DNA of 11,540 nucleotides, taken from the IMG/VR virus record IMGVR_UViG_3300029762_000045, positions 1 to 11,540 of that record; one strand, written 5' to 3'. The position numbers were made by a program, and so were the translations under genes. The notes under the pieces are model-generated. The model was not told the origin of the DNA and ran no database searches. It worked only from the letters and a program-made list of their open reading frames with translations. Origin of the DNA: a virus. Lineage: Duplodnaviria > Heunggongvirae > Uroviricota > Caudoviricetes. This document shows positions 1-10,309 of the stretch, in pieces (position 1 is the stretch's first letter; the number at the start of each line of letters is the position of its first letter).

Positions 1-260
1 TATCGCCAGAACGCCAGCCCGATTTCCTTGCTGAATCCACGAACCTCTGGCAGGTACATGGCGTGGCAATCGAATGTCAGCGGCTGAATCTCCTGATAGT
101 AAACAATGCCGCCGAACTGCCCGTGCACGTTCACCTCAAAGTAACGGCAATCATGTTTATAGTCGTATCCATCACCGTTGTTGCTCCCGGCAATAATGTC
201 AGGGTGATTTCCGACTGCTTCGATCAAGTCGATGTTTCGCGTTGGTTTGAACTGAATCAT
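1..260 (-). CDS. Partial CDS, 5' end of the gene downstream of the tail needle (P22 gene 14 position); runs off the window
   Basis: Minus-strand ATG at 258-260 overlaps the needle stop (TAATG junction). The frame is open for 86 codons to the window edge, giving [38 protein letters not shown]... Assignment is by synteny only; I do not recognise the sequence itself. Confidence 0.55.
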   Translation of the reverse strand, partial: MIQFKPTRNIDLIEAVGNHPDIIAGSNNGDGYDYKHDCRYFEVNVHGQFGGIVYYQEIQPLTFDCHAMYLPEVRGFSKEIGLAFWR

Positions 261-1213
261 TACTGCTCCGCGATTATCTTGATGGTTGTGGCAGTAAACG
301 CCGCCCCATTTGACTGAATAGTTAACGTACTGCCATTTGTGGCAAGAAAGCCGTCTTTATCCACGCTGAAGAACGTAGCTAACAGGATGTTGTCGGTTGT
401 TGTCGCCGCATTACGACTGCTGACCAGTGTGTCAGGAACAGAGCCGGAAAAGGTTAGCTGCATTGACCTGTTTGCGGTTCCGCTGGGCCACGTCCCGACA
501 ATCGACAGCTTGAAGAACAGGGTTTTGTTCTCGTTGAACACAACCATCTTGTTGTTAACGGTGTCGAAGAATGGTGCCAACGAGCCGGATGACGGCGTGA
601 GCGTTTTCAGCAGGCTAACAAGGTTGGTCGGCGCTGTCGGGATGGTTACAGATACGCCAGAGTAAACAACCTCTGATTTCTTGCGCGTGGTGGCATACTC
701 AAGCGCAGATATTCTTGTTGAGTGATCACCAACTGTGCTTTGTAGCGTCGAAATACTTCCCTCTGCCGCTGTGAGCCTGGTATCAAGTGCGTCGATATCG
801 GTTGTATTCTGAGTTATGCGCGCATCATGGTTTGCTAACTCAGATTCATTGGCAGCAATTCGCGTCTCGTGATCAGCCAGCTCTGTTTCAGCAGCCGTAA
901 TCCTTGTTTCATGATCTGCAAGAGTGCTTTCCGCTGCTGCAATTCTATTTTCATGATTGATGAGAGTTGCTTCAGCAGCTTCAATTCTGGATTCATGGTC
1001 TGCAAGGGTGACATCCTGCTCATCGTTCCTGACCTGTGCATCATAAGCGCCCTGTCCGGCCTCGTTGGCCTTGTTAGCCACATTACCAACATCAGTACCC
1101 TGTGCGATAACGTAAAGCAGATACGACTGCGAGAAGATATTGCGTGGAAGGATTGATGTATCGAGCCGCGTAGCCTGGATGATCACCGGCACATTGAGAT
1201 TCGAATCCGCCAT
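260..1213 (-). CDS. 26: Tail needle protein (P22 gp26-like N-terminus, coiled-coil shaft, extra C-terminal knob domain as in Sf6/HK620-type needles)
   Basis: 317-aa ORF. The N-terminus [25 protein letters not shown]...[13 protein letters not shown] closely matches the P22 gp26 N-terminal domain as I recall it. It is followed by 14-residue repeats and a roughly 150-aa Ser/Thr-rich C-terminal domain absent from the 233-aa P22 gp26. Start overlaps the gp10 stop (TAATG). Confidence 0.9.
   Translation of the reverse strand: MADSNLNVPVIIQATRLDTSILPRNIFSQSYLLYVIAQGTDVGNVANKANEAGQGAYDAQVRNDEQDVTLADHESRIEAAEATLINHENRIAAAESTLADHETRITAAETELADHETRIAANESELANHDARITQNTTDIDALDTRLTAAEGSISTLQSTVGDHSTRISALEYATTRKKSEVVYSGVSVTIPTAPTNLVSLLKTLTPSSGSLAPFFDTVNNKMVVFNENKTLFFKLSIVGTWPSGTANRSMQLTFSGSVPDTLVSSRNAATTTDNILLATFFSVDKDGFLATNGSTLTIQSNGAAFTATTIKIIAEQ
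758..1009. repeat. Tandem ~42-bp (14-codon) repeats inside the needle gene, encoding the coiled-coil shaft
   Basis: Protein units [14 protein letters not shown] / [14 protein letters not shown] / [14 protein letters not shown] / [14 protein letters not shown] / [14 protein letters not shown] / [14 protein letters not shown]. On the DNA, related 42-bp blocks recur at about 840-881, 882-923, 924-965 and 966-1007, for example gtttcatgatctgcaag versus gattcatggtctgcaag. Confidence 0.7.
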
Positions 1214-2631
1214 TACTCAATCCTTATCTGGCAGCCAGACAGAGTGACAGGTGACTTCGTGATAACGCGCAATTTGAAGCCGACATTTTTCCTGATGCGC
1301 CCGACTCGCTTCCACAAAACGCGTTTGTCGTAAACGAACGGTTCATTCTGCTCAATAATCTGCTCACGCCCGTAATTTATGCCGTCAGTGGTTGCAGAGA
1401 GGAACAGGCGGTCGGCGTACTGAGCTACGCCAGTGGATGATTCCACCTCCAGATCGAAGCATCTGGCGTTATCCGCTTTGAACAGTGGAGTAAACAGCAG
1501 GTGTTCCTGTTGCTTGTCGTACTGGCTGCTGATGTCGAATTGCAATTTCCCGGTCACGGACTCCAGTTTATCGCCGCACGTTATCTGATTGCCTTCGTAA
1601 ATGAAGTCGATAGCGCGGTACACATCGTCATACAGTCCTGTTTTCAGCACACACCATTGCGGACCATTGGTGCTTGAAGATGCGTCGTACACGAGGACGT
1701 GGCGCGCAAGATGGATAATCAGCAACTCATGAGCATCAAATCTCAGAGACTCCATCACGCCATCAGCCAGTTCATCAGCAGTGTAGGAGCGGAGGATTTT
1801 CTCAATGCTCGCGCTGGCGATTGGTGATACCTGACCGGAGCCTATGATGTATACAGACGGCGCACCTGTTGCCGGATTGCTGATGAACGCATACGAGTCA
1901 GCAAACGGCGTTTTGCAGTAAGTCCCGGCAATGCCTTTCTGCACCATCAGTGATGGCTGTGCGACATACAAAGCGGCACCAACGGTGGTTGCACCTGTCA
2001 GGGAAAAATATTCAATCGTCGATGAGCCAAAGCAGACGATGAAGTCTCGCCATGTACCTATGCCGATGATGCCGTCCGGCTGAGACTCGGCACGATATTG
2101 TGCACTGTAGCGGTCAGGATGCGATTCATCTTCAAGGTCAGTGATAAACCATGAATCAGTGCCGTCTTTTGACCACGCATAACGCCCACGTAAGCGCGTA
2201 ATGTCGCGAACTGAACCTAACTCATACTGAGTGAATCCACTGTCTGTAGGCCAGTTTGAGACGGTTTTAACCGTGCCATCATAGCGATACTCGACCAGTT
2301 GACCATTAACGCCTACCGCCTGTGATGTCCGACCATGCGCCATTGATACACGACCACTTCCGGCAACGTCACCGACTTCACTTTCTCCTTTGTACAGCTT
2401 GCCACCACACACACGATAAACAGCACTCTGCGCCATGTTGTACTCGACGCCTCGCGATACTCCGTTCACATCAGAACGTTTGGCAATGCCCGGGAATGAG
2501 CGAAGATATCCGCTGCTGTTGAGGATTTCTTTGGGTGTAGCCAGCATATTCACTGGCAGATAGTCGATATAGTCGGCGTTTAGAAAGTCTTTGCCGACAC
2601 CTTTCATAAGCGGAAGTTGCTGAATCGGCAT
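1213..2631 (-). CDS. 10: Tail hub / head completion protein (P22 gp10 homolog)
   Basis: 472-aa ORF, the same length as P22 gp10, in the gp4-gp10-gp26 order. Start overlaps the gp4 stop (TAATG). Confidence 0.9.
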   Translation of the reverse strand: MPIQQLPLMKGVGKDFLNADYIDYLPVNMLATPKEILNSSGYLRSFPGIAKRSDVNGVSRGVEYNMAQSAVYRVCGGKLYKGESEVGDVAGSGRVSMAHGRTSQAVGVNGQLVEYRYDGTVKTVSNWPTDSGFTQYELGSVRDITRLRGRYAWSKDGTDSWFITDLEDESHPDRYSAQYRAESQPDGIIGIGTWRDFIVCFGSSTIEYFSLTGATTVGAALYVAQPSLMVQKGIAGTYCKTPFADSYAFISNPATGAPSVYIIGSGQVSPIASASIEKILRSYTADELADGVMESLRFDAHELLIIHLARHVLVYDASSSTNGPQWCVLKTGLYDDVYRAIDFIYEGNQITCGDKLESVTGKLQFDISSQYDKQQEHLLFTPLFKADNARCFDLEVESSTGVAQYADRLFLSATTDGINYGREQIIEQNEPFVYDKRVLWKRVGRIRKNVGFKLRVITKSPVTLSGCQIRIE

Positions 2632-3131
2632 TATTCGCTCCCGTTATCGCAAGGTTCCTTCCGGTGGAAGTAATTCCAACCGTTCCACTTCGCCAACTGG
2701 TTACCGCTACCAACAGGCATACGGTTTGGATAACCGGACTTACATTTAGCGGCTTTTGCTCTGTCCATTGCAGACAGTTTGACGAGTCGCTCTTTCCCAT
2801 ATCTGGCAGTGGTTATAAGTTTTGCTGACGCTTCCAGCGCATAATCTGGAGCAATGCGGCAGGCAAGGTTGAAAATGACGGCATTGATAGCGTTATTTGA
2901 CAAACCGTGCTCATCGCCAGGATCCGGAGCGACATCTGCATCAGCAAAAATGTAGCCAACGTTGATACCAGGTGACGCATCACCGCCAAGCCATTCAGCC
3001 ATCATCATTTCAAGGTCGTTGACGCCGTCTTCCATAGACTGCGGTTCGACATCGGTTAACGTGGCATTTGATGCCACACCGAGCTTACGTAATGCCGCAA
3101 GAACTAAATCACCCTTCGTTGTCAGGTTCAT
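2631..3131 (-). CDS. 4: Tail adaptor / head completion protein (P22 gp4 homolog)
   Basis: Start chosen at the internal Met ([33 protein letters not shown]...), which aligns with the P22 gp4 N-terminus [33 protein letters not shown] as I recall it and gives 166 aa. An AAGGCGG Shine-Dalgarno-like motif lies upstream. The longer ORF start at 3197 would overlap the upstream gene further. Confidence 0.88.
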   Translation of the reverse strand: MNLTTKGDLVLAALRKLGVASNATLTDVEPQSMEDGVNDLEMMMAEWLGGDASPGINVGYIFADADVAPDPGDEHGLSNNAINAVIFNLACRIAPDYALEASAKLITTARYGKERLVKLSAMDRAKAAKCKSGYPNRMPVGSGNQLAKWNGWNYFHRKEPCDNGSE

Positions 3132-3702
3132 CTGCTGCCGCCTTAGGTTTTCGACTAGGCTTTTTACGCTGTTTTTCTTCTGGCTCTGGCTCTGCAATAG
3201 CCGGACGCAAACTCAGGAGTCGTCCAAGAACATCATTTGCTTCATGGCCATCCCACTCTTTCCCGAACTCAAGCTCAGTACCTTCAGGAAGGAACTCGAT
3301 TTCTTCAACAGGTAGGTGATAAGTGATTTCGCCTTCTGGAGTGGTGATACCAGCAATGATCCAGCCATCCCACTCTTCACCGTCACTGTGTTTGCGAGAC
3401 CACCACGAAAGCTCAGCGTAAGCATGCATCAGCGATGAGAAGAGGCGCACTCGGTGAGCGTAAAGCTCGTTAAAAGTGTGATAACCGTCGGACACTTCGC
3501 CCATATCAACTGGGGAAGTTTCACCTCCGCCAACACTCCCAATTTGATCACCAACAAGAGGATCATCAGGAACATCGTCAGGGTGCTTATACCAGCCATT
3601 TGATAAGTGCACAGCTACATCATCAGGATCAACGGTTTTCGTTTTCAGCTTGCGCCCCCAGATTTTGGTATCTCCGCCAGCCTGAAAAATCATTACGCTC
3701 AT
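3109..3702 (-). CDS. Hypothetical protein, 197 aa, acidic and Trp/Asp/Pro-rich with a Lys/Pro-rich C-terminal tail; extra gene between coat and gp4
   Basis: Open frame with ATG at 3700-3702 preceded by GGAGAT 6 nt upstream, beginning [19 protein letters not shown]. The listed ORF extends to 3882 but that portion overlaps the coat gene and lacks a start signal. The 3' end overlaps the gp4 start by 23 nt. No family recognised. Confidence 0.7.
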   Translation of the reverse strand: MSVMIFQAGGDTKIWGRKLKTKTVDPDDVAVHLSNGWYKHPDDVPDDPLVGDQIGSVGGGETSPVDMGEVSDGYHTFNELYAHRVRLFSSLMHAYAELSWWSRKHSDGEEWDGWIIAGITTPEGEITYHLPVEEIEFLPEGTELEFGKEWDGHEANDVLGRLLSLRPAIAEPEPEEKQRKKPSRKPKAAADEPDNEG

Positions 3703-3711
3703 TGGTATCTC

Positions 3712-3740
3712 CAATAGAAAAGGGAGCCGAAGCTCCCTCT
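3712..3740 (-). terminator. Intrinsic terminator-like hairpin immediately downstream of the coat gene
   Basis: Minus-strand RNA reads AGGGAGC-UUCG-GCUCCCU (7-bp GC-rich stem extendable to 9 bp, UUCG tetraloop) followed by UUUUCUAUU. It lies between the coat stop (3746) and the next start (3702). Confidence 0.55.
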
Positions 3741-3745
3741 GGTTA

Positions 3746-5041
3746 TCACGCAGTCTGGTTAGGCAGACCAACACCAATTGCCTCTGGTCGTACAGCACAT
3801 GCTGAATACCACACAGCAATACGGCACTTACCAGACAGAGTGTTGATATCACCCTGCGTTGCGAAGATGCCGTTAACACCAATGCCAGGAATGCTGAAGG
3901 AAGACGTTTTCATGCCAGCAAACAGTTCATGGGTTACCGGGATCGGCTGAGACAGCAGACGGATTGAGTCATCAGCCCAGAACACGTTAGCGGTGGTTGT
4001 TGCCACGTTCAGAACGTTTACCGGAGTGGTATCAGCAAGAGAGGTGTTTACGTTAGCGTAAGCCTTCTCTTCTTTTGTCAGTGACGCGTCATCCAGTGCA
4101 ATCGGCTTCGGCGTGATTTCGATGTGAGTACCATCGATCACACGGGTGATTGAGAAAGTCGCATCATCAGTCAGCACGTTCTTCGCCATCTGAGACAGGA
4201 ATTTCACACCAGTGAAGCTGATTTTGTCGCCGCGCTTAAATCCGGTGGTGGAGGATACGGTCACCGTTGCAACACGGTTGTCGACGTTCTCCTTGTTACC
4301 ATCGGTATCAAGGGTGTATGCCTGCGGCTTAAACTTCTGCGCTCCAGTCACAGTTACACCAGTAGCGGTTGACTTAGTAACTGCCGGAAGTTTCGGTGAG
4401 CGAAGAATTTCATCAAAGCCAGCAATCTGACGCTGAATAGTACCGTTGCGATACGCTTCTTCAGGAACGCGCCCAAAGATGTCACCATCTACCAGGTTGC
4501 GGCCTGCTTTGCGGTAATCGTCAGGGTTCAGGAAGTAACTGATGCCCATATCGCGGTTTAGCTCACGGGAGAACATCAGGCGCTCTGCATCAGACACAAA
4601 ATCCCAGCCAGACAGGCCAGTAGATGGACCAATTGCGCGGGTATCGTGAACAACAAGTGAGCCCATTTCGGTTGCCTGTTTGGCAATTGCTGACTCAATG
4701 TTATTCGCCAGTTTTTTGGCGGATGCCTGGATGCGGCGACGGTAAGAACGCTCATCACGCAGGTCATCTGCACGAAGCTCGAAGAAATCGTTATCCGGAT
4801 CACCCATGTTGCATTTCACGGAGAGTTCCAGAATCCCGGTTGCGTTGCCAGTTAAATCCCAGCCAGTCTGGGTTGGAGCTTCCTGCTCAACAGGCATCCA
4901 CACGGTGTTGCTTGAACGCTGCATGGATTCTGCCGGAGGGGTGTATTTTGTCACTTTGGACGCCATTGGCGTCAGGTTCTGGACGGTTTCGATGATTTCA
5001 TCCAGAGCATACGTGACCAGTTGACCTTCATTTAATGCCAT
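3746..5041 (-). CDS. 5: Major capsid (coat) protein (P22 gp5 homolog)
   Basis: 431-aa ORF starting [20 protein letters not shown], with high identity along its length to P22 coat protein as I recall it. Start overlaps the scaffold stop (TAATG). Confidence 0.95.
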   Translation of the reverse strand: MALNEGQLVTYALDEIIETVQNLTPMASKVTKYTPPAESMQRSSNTVWMPVEQEAPTQTGWDLTGNATGILELSVKCNMGDPDNDFFELRADDLRDERSYRRRIQASAKKLANNIESAIAKQATEMGSLVVHDTRAIGPSTGLSGWDFVSDAERLMFSRELNRDMGISYFLNPDDYRKAGRNLVDGDIFGRVPEEAYRNGTIQRQIAGFDEILRSPKLPAVTKSTATGVTVTGAQKFKPQAYTLDTDGNKENVDNRVATVTVSSTTGFKRGDKISFTGVKFLSQMAKNVLTDDATFSITRVIDGTHIEITPKPIALDDASLTKEEKAYANVNTSLADTTPVNVLNVATTTANVFWADDSIRLLSQPIPVTHELFAGMKTSSFSIPGIGVNGIFATQGDINTLSGKCRIAVWYSACAVRPEAIGVGLPNQTA

Positions 5042-5952
5042 TATCGAATTCCTTTATTCAGTTGCGCCTTAAGCTTGCGGTACGTCTCTACATCCCCTTT
5101 GTTTGCTGCCGCCTCCATCTGCTTTTCAATCGCAGAGATATTTGCAGCAACAGCATGTCCCTGAATGGGTTCATCAGGTAACGGGGCTTCTGAAACAGGC
5201 TTGGCTCTAGGCTTGAGAGTTAAACGCTCTGACAGTCGAGTGAGTTCAATCAGCGCTGATTGCCCGTCCATCGCCAGCAACTGGCGTGTTTTCTCAGGAT
5301 TAGCACCAAGGTGATACATGAGAGCGGCGGATTTCTCCGGGAAGAGGCGCATGATGTCGGCACCGACTGCTGGCGGCACCAGTTGCATGAATGCATCCTC
5401 TTTCTCCTGATAGTCAGGGATATTGAGCTTTTCCGCTGCGTCGTAGTGCTTACGGGCTGCCTCGACGTATTGCGCTGATTGCTGGGTGAACTCCTGAGTT
5501 TTGCGACCCTGCTCGGCAACAGCCTGGCTTCGTGCGTCCATAGCCTTGATCTGCCATTCACTGTTTGCCTTCTGGAAGGCAGCCAGTGCGCGGCTCTGGT
5601 CATAGTCGTACTTAGCCAGTGCATCTTCGGAAAGATAATCGTTAGGGTCTGGTTGTTTTGGTAACTCAGGGTTCACCCGCAGGTGCTCCGGCAACTCTCC
5701 ACGCTTAACCGCTTCCATCTGCTGCTCAAGCTCACGCTGGCGTTTGCGTTCGATGCGGCGACGGGCAAATTCAGCATTAGTTGCCGGGTCTTGTTTTGGT
5801 TTCTCATCGTCTTTCAGGACAATCTCGAAGCCTTCTTCCTGACCTGCGTTGTCGTTGGCATTATCGACAACTAAGCCATCAGCAGATGCCGCTGCATGAT
5901 TGCCGGGCAGGGTTAATTCTTCAGAAGCCTGAATGTCGGTGGTTTGGTCCAT
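5041..5952 (-). CDS. 8: Scaffolding protein (P22 gp8 homolog)
   Basis: 303-aa ORF, the same length as P22 gp8, with recognisable similarity ([21 protein letters not shown]..., C-terminal ...[11 protein letters not shown]...). Sits between portal and coat. Confidence 0.95.
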   Translation of the reverse strand: MDQTTDIQASEELTLPGNHAAASADGLVVDNANDNAGQEEGFEIVLKDDEKPKQDPATNAEFARRRIERKRQRELEQQMEAVKRGELPEHLRVNPELPKQPDPNDYLSEDALAKYDYDQSRALAAFQKANSEWQIKAMDARSQAVAEQGRKTQEFTQQSAQYVEAARKHYDAAEKLNIPDYQEKEDAFMQLVPPAVGADIMRLFPEKSAALMYHLGANPEKTRQLLAMDGQSALIELTRLSERLTLKPRAKPVSEAPLPDEPIQGHAVAANISAIEKQMEAAANKGDVETYRKLKAQLNKGIR

Positions 5953-5965
5953 GATTAACTCTCTC

Positions 5966-8131
5966 TTATTGAGGTGTCTCGGCTACTCCGCCGGAGGGGA
6001 TTTGAACTTGACGCATAAGATTCGCGAAATCCATGCGTTGTGAATGAGTCTGGTCTGCATCTTTAAGAAGCAGCTCAGCGTTAGCACGAGCATCTTTGCT
6101 GCGCTGTTGCTGGAATTGACCTACGAGCTTGAGGTACTCACGCAGTTCTGCCTGCTTGTCGAGGTCCATATTGTTGAAGATTTCTGCAATCTTCGCGGCG
6201 TTGAGTTGGTTTTGGGCTTCAACCTTGGCAGCTTCAACCTGAATCTGCGCCTGTTGGTTCTCTGCCTTGAGCAATTCAGCCTGACCTTGCAGAAGGATAC
6301 CCTGCGCCTGAATTTGCTCTGCTGATGGCTGCTGCGGCTGTTGTTGTGCCTGCTGTACCATCTCCATCTCTTCAGGTGTTTCTGGTTTCTTCAGCCCCAT
6401 CATCACCAGTTGCTTGTTCGCGTACTCTCGCATCATCTCGACGCCTTTGCCGTCAAGCAGCGTGAAGTATTGCAGCATCAGCATCTGGAACTCTGGAGTA
6501 CCTTGCGGAACCTTGGTGAGCAACTCCTGAATCTCTGCGCGGTTCTGTTCCTTCATGCTCTGGAAGGATGGTCCGACGTCTGTATAGCACTCATAGCGAC
6601 CGCGAATGTCGTTGAGTGTGACCACATTGCCGGACTGGTAATCGACAACTTGCGCATAGAGTTGAACGTCTTTCTCGCTTCCATCTTCAAGTGTCAGCGT
6701 TACATGACGAGGAACGTCATAAATATCGTTGACCATTGAGGCATAAATCTCGCCATCACGTCGCATTGCGGTAGCCAGGTTATCCTGAAACACGTATGTC
6801 TCAAGGTCTGCCCGCATGTTCAGTTGATTGACGGTATCGAAAGCGACCTGACCATTTGCCGCCTGCGCATCCACGCCAAGACTAGCCACCTCTTTCACTG
6901 CGTTGGTGGCAGCCTCAAGCATGTAAGCGTTGGCTTGCGGCACTTCAGGGTTTTCCATGTAGGAGATTGGACCAATCGGCAGGTCGTTACCGTTTTCATC
7001 GGCCTTGTTCTGCAGATAGTACGGATAGTCATCATTTCCACCGTACATATATTCGTAGCCTTCGATTTGCTCAGGGAAGAAGGTAGGTTTCTTCTTCGGT
7101 GAACGAGCAACAATATCGGCGTTGAACGACATAATCATGTTACGAAGGCGCTGACCGTCTTTCGTCAGCCTTACCACTCCTTCGTAGCACTCCTTGTCAC
7201 CAGCGAATGACCATTCGCCATACACTGGAACGATTGGGATATGCTCTCCAGCTATCTTCTCGCGGTCTTTCAGTATCTGCGTGCAGGTGACGATCGACTT
7301 ATACACACGCCGACGCTTCACCTTGCGCTCTGCTACCTTAATGAATCCACGATTAGCCAGGTCGTCGATGACGTCTTTGATATCCTGCTGGTAATAGCTG
7401 ACCGGCTCGCCTGTCAGCGGGTCGCGGTAGATGAAGACCTTCTCCTTCTTCTCTTCTACCTCGTAATACTCAGCGACGTAGACGACATCATTCGACACCC
7501 ACGGGAATAGCCATGTATCGTTAGGATTCTGGAAAGATGGCAAGGTATCCGGGTCAATACCGTAATCCTCTGCGAACTCTTTCCAGCCATTGCGCGACAA
7601 GGCGTTAATCACCGTGCAATGCTTAGCGTCGCTCTTATCCATCTGCTTGCTGTTGGCGTCCCATATAACGTGTGAGCAAGCTTCATGGATTGGCAGGCGT
7701 CGGATTACCTGATTGTTGCTTGTTGGGTCGTTGTCTTCGTACTGCGTGACCAGACGCCATGCACCAACGCCGGACTCTATCTGCTCACGAACGCCAACGT
7801 TAACGGCAATTTTTGCCGTGTTATGGCGCATATCAGTACGATACATCCCCATCAGCACATCGGCAGCATCAGGATTAGCGCCGTCTTTTGGTCTGAAGAG
7901 AACGTCGATAGGGTTCCGGCGCATCTCTGCGACCAGCTTCCTGACCACCGGGCGGACAACATCGAATTGTCCGCGATATTGCAGGGTGGTGTAGTTTGAT
8001 AGCCAGTCATCCCATTGCGACACTCGGCTAAAATACAGGTCATTTGTCGCCTCGGTTCTGGCTTCATCGCTCGCCATCCAGTCTGCGTCAAACTTACACA
8101 GAATGGAATTGAGTCTGTTTTCGTCGGCCAT
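5966..8131 (-). CDS. 1: Portal protein (P22 gp1 homolog)
   Basis: 721-aa ORF (P22 portal is about 725 aa) with a Gln-rich C-terminal helical region typical of the P22 portal barrel. Immediately follows the large terminase. Confidence 0.95.
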   Translation of the reverse strand: MADENRLNSILCKFDADWMASDEARTEATNDLYFSRVSQWDDWLSNYTTLQYRGQFDVVRPVVRKLVAEMRRNPIDVLFRPKDGANPDAADVLMGMYRTDMRHNTAKIAVNVGVREQIESGVGAWRLVTQYEDNDPTSNNQVIRRLPIHEACSHVIWDANSKQMDKSDAKHCTVINALSRNGWKEFAEDYGIDPDTLPSFQNPNDTWLFPWVSNDVVYVAEYYEVEEKKEKVFIYRDPLTGEPVSYYQQDIKDVIDDLANRGFIKVAERKVKRRRVYKSIVTCTQILKDREKIAGEHIPIVPVYGEWSFAGDKECYEGVVRLTKDGQRLRNMIMSFNADIVARSPKKKPTFFPEQIEGYEYMYGGNDDYPYYLQNKADENGNDLPIGPISYMENPEVPQANAYMLEAATNAVKEVASLGVDAQAANGQVAFDTVNQLNMRADLETYVFQDNLATAMRRDGEIYASMVNDIYDVPRHVTLTLEDGSEKDVQLYAQVVDYQSGNVVTLNDIRGRYECYTDVGPSFQSMKEQNRAEIQELLTKVPQGTPEFQMLMLQYFTLLDGKGVEMMREYANKQLVMMGLKKPETPEEMEMVQQAQQQPQQPSAEQIQAQGILLQGQAELLKAENQQAQIQVEAAKVEAQNQLNAAKIAEIFNNMDLDKQAELREYLKLVGQFQQQRSKDARANAELLLKDADQTHSQRMDFANLMRQVQIPSGGVAETPQ

Positions 8132-9631
8132 TTAAGTTCTCCGTGCGATGGGCCTGATTGGGGCTGGTATCTTTTTCTCTTTTGGCTTTTTGATGTCGCG
8201 CATCATTTTTGCGAAGCGGCGCATCATGTATGCATAGCGAACGGCGGATAGCACGTCGTCGTTAAGCTTGACGATTTTCCCGTTTTCATCACGGTGATAG
8301 AGGCGGAACTCCTCAAAGAATGGCTCACAGGTGTTGAATACTTTGAAGCGACCGTCGAGCATCATGTCTCGCAATTCAGTGATGCCAGGCTCAACAGCAT
8401 TACCGCCATCAGGCCATGTCGCATGCTCCTGCAACATCATAAAACCAGCGTCCGCGTACTGCCATTTGAGCTGCTCACCGCCGCCCTTCTCGTGCTGGTT
8501 TCCGTCATGAGGCCATGCGGTTGGCACTTTATGCGCCCATGATTTAACGGCTCCCCATGCCTGAACGGCTGTTTTTTCTTTCGCCTTCCAAACGCGTGAA
8601 AGGTAGATTATGTCTGCGTCCTTATCCCACCAAAGCTGAACCTGCGCCTGTGGGTGATCCCATCCGAAATCCATCCCGCCAATTACGTAGAAGTGATCAG
8701 GACACTCGAACGGCTGACACTTAATTGTCTCTTCCGGTATCTGGAAGATTCGACCACTACCCATCGTAGGAATACCGCGAGCACGCGCCTCTCTCTCATG
8801 CTCAGGATAGGATGCGATGATTTGCTCTTTCTGCTCGTCGGTGTAGTGCTCAGCGTCATAGATGGTCATGTTGACCACTTTCTGCGACTTGCTGGGATTC
8901 TTCAGGAACTTGGTAACAACGTCAGACATCCCCATCAGCGGGGTAAACGTCAGAATTGAGAATTGCCCGTATTTGTTGGTACGGGTAAGACCTTCGCCAT
9001 AAATGCTGTATGGTGGCTCTTCGTCAAACCACACGCCGTGGATTGTGTCACCCTGCCAGCGAGCGCGGCCTTGCGAGTATGGTTTGAAGTAGCAGATTGA
9101 AATGCCATCTTCAACGCCATCAGCCGTGTGATGCTTAACCAGAAGATGATCAACAAGGTTCGGAAAGAAAGGAGACTTCTTCCAGCTAATGATGTCTTCT
9201 TTAGGTATGGAACCGTAGCCTGGCTCATCATTCTCTTCGATACGACCACACAGGATGCGTTGAGTCGTTTTGGTTACAGTCTCGTTTGTCTCGCCGCCAA
9301 TCCAGAAGACAACAGGCTCATAGAAACGCTTACCTTTCCACTCCCCACCATATTTACCATCAGCCGGATAGCCTTTTGTTCCCGGATAACGCCCGGTAAG
9401 GTGAAACGCGACTTCAGCAGCCCCAGTAAATGACTTACCAAGCTGGTTACCAGCCATAAAACAGCGCTCTGGATAGTCATGCCCGGCGTCGATGAACTCA
9501 CGCTGTTTGCTGTATGGCGTAAATTCATATAGCAGGTGTGTGTTCCGGTAGTTCTCTTCTTCTTCGAGTAGCTCGAGCAATTCGATTTGCTCTTCGTCGC
9601 TCAGGTTATCAAGAATCGCGTCCAGTTCCAC
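8132..9631 (-). CDS. 2: Terminase large subunit (P22 gp2 homolog)
   Basis: 499-aa ORF, the same length as P22 gp2, starting [28 protein letters not shown]. Overlaps the 3' end of the small terminase by 23 nt. Confidence 0.95.
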   Translation of the reverse strand: MELDAILDNLSDEEQIELLELLEEEENYRNTHLLYEFTPYSKQREFIDAGHDYPERCFMAGNQLGKSFTGAAEVAFHLTGRYPGTKGYPADGKYGGEWKGKRFYEPVVFWIGGETNETVTKTTQRILCGRIEENDEPGYGSIPKEDIISWKKSPFFPNLVDHLLVKHHTADGVEDGISICYFKPYSQGRARWQGDTIHGVWFDEEPPYSIYGEGLTRTNKYGQFSILTFTPLMGMSDVVTKFLKNPSKSQKVVNMTIYDAEHYTDEQKEQIIASYPEHEREARARGIPTMGSGRIFQIPEETIKCQPFECPDHFYVIGGMDFGWDHPQAQVQLWWDKDADIIYLSRVWKAKEKTAVQAWGAVKSWAHKVPTAWPHDGNQHEKGGGEQLKWQYADAGFMMLQEHATWPDGGNAVEPGITELRDMMLDGRFKVFNTCEPFFEEFRLYHRDENGKIVKLNDDVLSAVRYAYMMRRFAKMMRDIKKPKEKKIPAPIRPIARRT

Positions 9632-10097
9632 GGTTGAATAGCTCCTTGATACGAGAGCGTCGCTTATCGCGATCTCCCTTATCAGGTGTCACGTCTTCAA
9701 CTTGCGACTGCTCTTTGAGGCCCAAATCACGGGCGATGATGTTAGCGTTGAGAAGGTCAGCGGCTGCGCCAGAGAATTTCTGGTCGTAGATGACCTGCTC
9801 TGCTCGCGTAACGACTTCAGATAAATCTTCTCGCAGGCGATATGTGCGCCATGTTTCAAGCGTCACATCAATGAACAGAGTGAGGCCTGTAATAGTCATC
9901 GCTCGCATCTTGGCGATAGGCTCTTGTATCACTTCACCCTGATACGAGAACGCCTTCATCTCCCATAGCGGGTTAGCTTCTACCCACTCGAAGTATTCAC
10001 AACAAGCAGCCCACAGCGCCTCAGGCGATTCGAATTTAGGATTTCGCCCATGACTACTGCGGGCCTCCCAAAATCGGTTGCCCTTTGGTGCTGCCAT
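9609..10097 (-). CDS. 3: Terminase small subunit (P22 gp3 homolog)
   Basis: [50 protein letters not shown]... is essentially the P22 gp3 sequence. Start placed at the second ATG to give 162 aa as in P22; the ORF track begins two codons earlier (MNM, 10103). Confidence 0.93.
   Translation of the reverse strand: MAAPKGNRFWEARSSHGRNPKFESPEALWAACCEYFEWVEANPLWEMKAFSYQGEVIQEPIAKMRAMTITGLTLFIDVTLETWRTYRLREDLSEVVTRAEQVIYDQKFSGAAADLLNANIIARDLGLKEQSQVEDVTPDKGDRDKRRSRIKELFNRGTGRDS
9805..9830 (-). other. pac site (headful packaging initiation site) inside the small terminase gene
   Basis: Minus strand reads GAAGATTTATCTGAAGTCGTTACGCG, encoding gp3 residues EDLSEVVTR. This matches the P22 pac sequence as I remember it (about 22 bp, GAAGAtTTATCTGAAGTCGTTA), at the expected place in gene 3. 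Confidence 0.7.
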
Positions 10098-10120
10098 ATT
10101 CATCTCACTTAATTGTCATT

Positions 10121-10300
10121 TCAGGTTAAGGACTCTTTCGCGCCTTCAATCAGTGACTGCTTCAGCAATTCGAGTGTGCCAATCGCCTCGCATAAACTGA
10201 TTTCACCATCGTAATCATGGATGACGCTTTCAAGTCGCTCGTATAGCTCTTGAGTAATTGGGAATTTCTTCTCCTTACCAAGATCAACGACGCTTGTCAT
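10121..10300 (-). CDS. Hypothetical small protein, 59 aa, acidic and predicted helical
   Basis: ATG at 10298-10300 with AGGA 8-11 nt upstream; TGA stop at 10121-10123, 17 nt before the terS start region. Translation MTSVVDLGKEKKFPITQELYERLESVIHDYDGEISLCEAIGTLELLKQSLIEGAKESLT. Below the 60-aa cutoff of the supplied ORF track. Confidence 0.5.
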   Translation of the reverse strand: MTSVVDLGKEKKFPITQELYERLESVIHDYDGEISLCEAIGTLELLKQSLIEGAKESLT

Positions 10301-10309
10301 AGAGGATTC

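Noticed and set aside
63-317. 84-aa plus-strand ORF
   Set aside because: Antisense to the needle-gp14 junction, where the minus-strand frame is open and fits synteny; no ribosome-binding site seen.
339-665. 108-aa plus-strand ORF
   Set aside because: Lies entirely antisense within the needle C-terminal domain; likely an incidental open frame.
835-1156. Overlapping 85-aa (minus) and 95-aa (plus) ORFs
   Set aside because: Alternative frames through the 42-bp tandem repeats of the needle gene; the repetitive sequence suppresses stop codons in several frames.
2631-3197. Long form of gp4 (188 aa) starting at 3197
   Set aside because: The extra 22 N-terminal codons have no counterpart in P22 gp4 as I recall it and would overlap the upstream gene by about 90 nt; the internal Met at 3131 matches the homolog.
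3109-3882. Full 257-aa extent of the listed ORF
   Set aside because: The first 60 codons overlap the 3' end of the coat gene and contain the terminator hairpin; the Met at 3702 with a GGAGAT ribosome-binding site is the credible start.
3600-8251. Numerous plus-strand ORFs of 60-130 aa (for example 3600-3950, 4624-4995, 6341-6739, 7685-7999)
   Set aside because: All are antisense to the confidently identified coat, scaffold and portal genes.
9609-10103. terS start at the first ATG (MNM...)
   Set aside because: The second ATG gives MAAPKG... and 162 aa, as I recall for P22 gp3. Both are possible; the difference is two codons.
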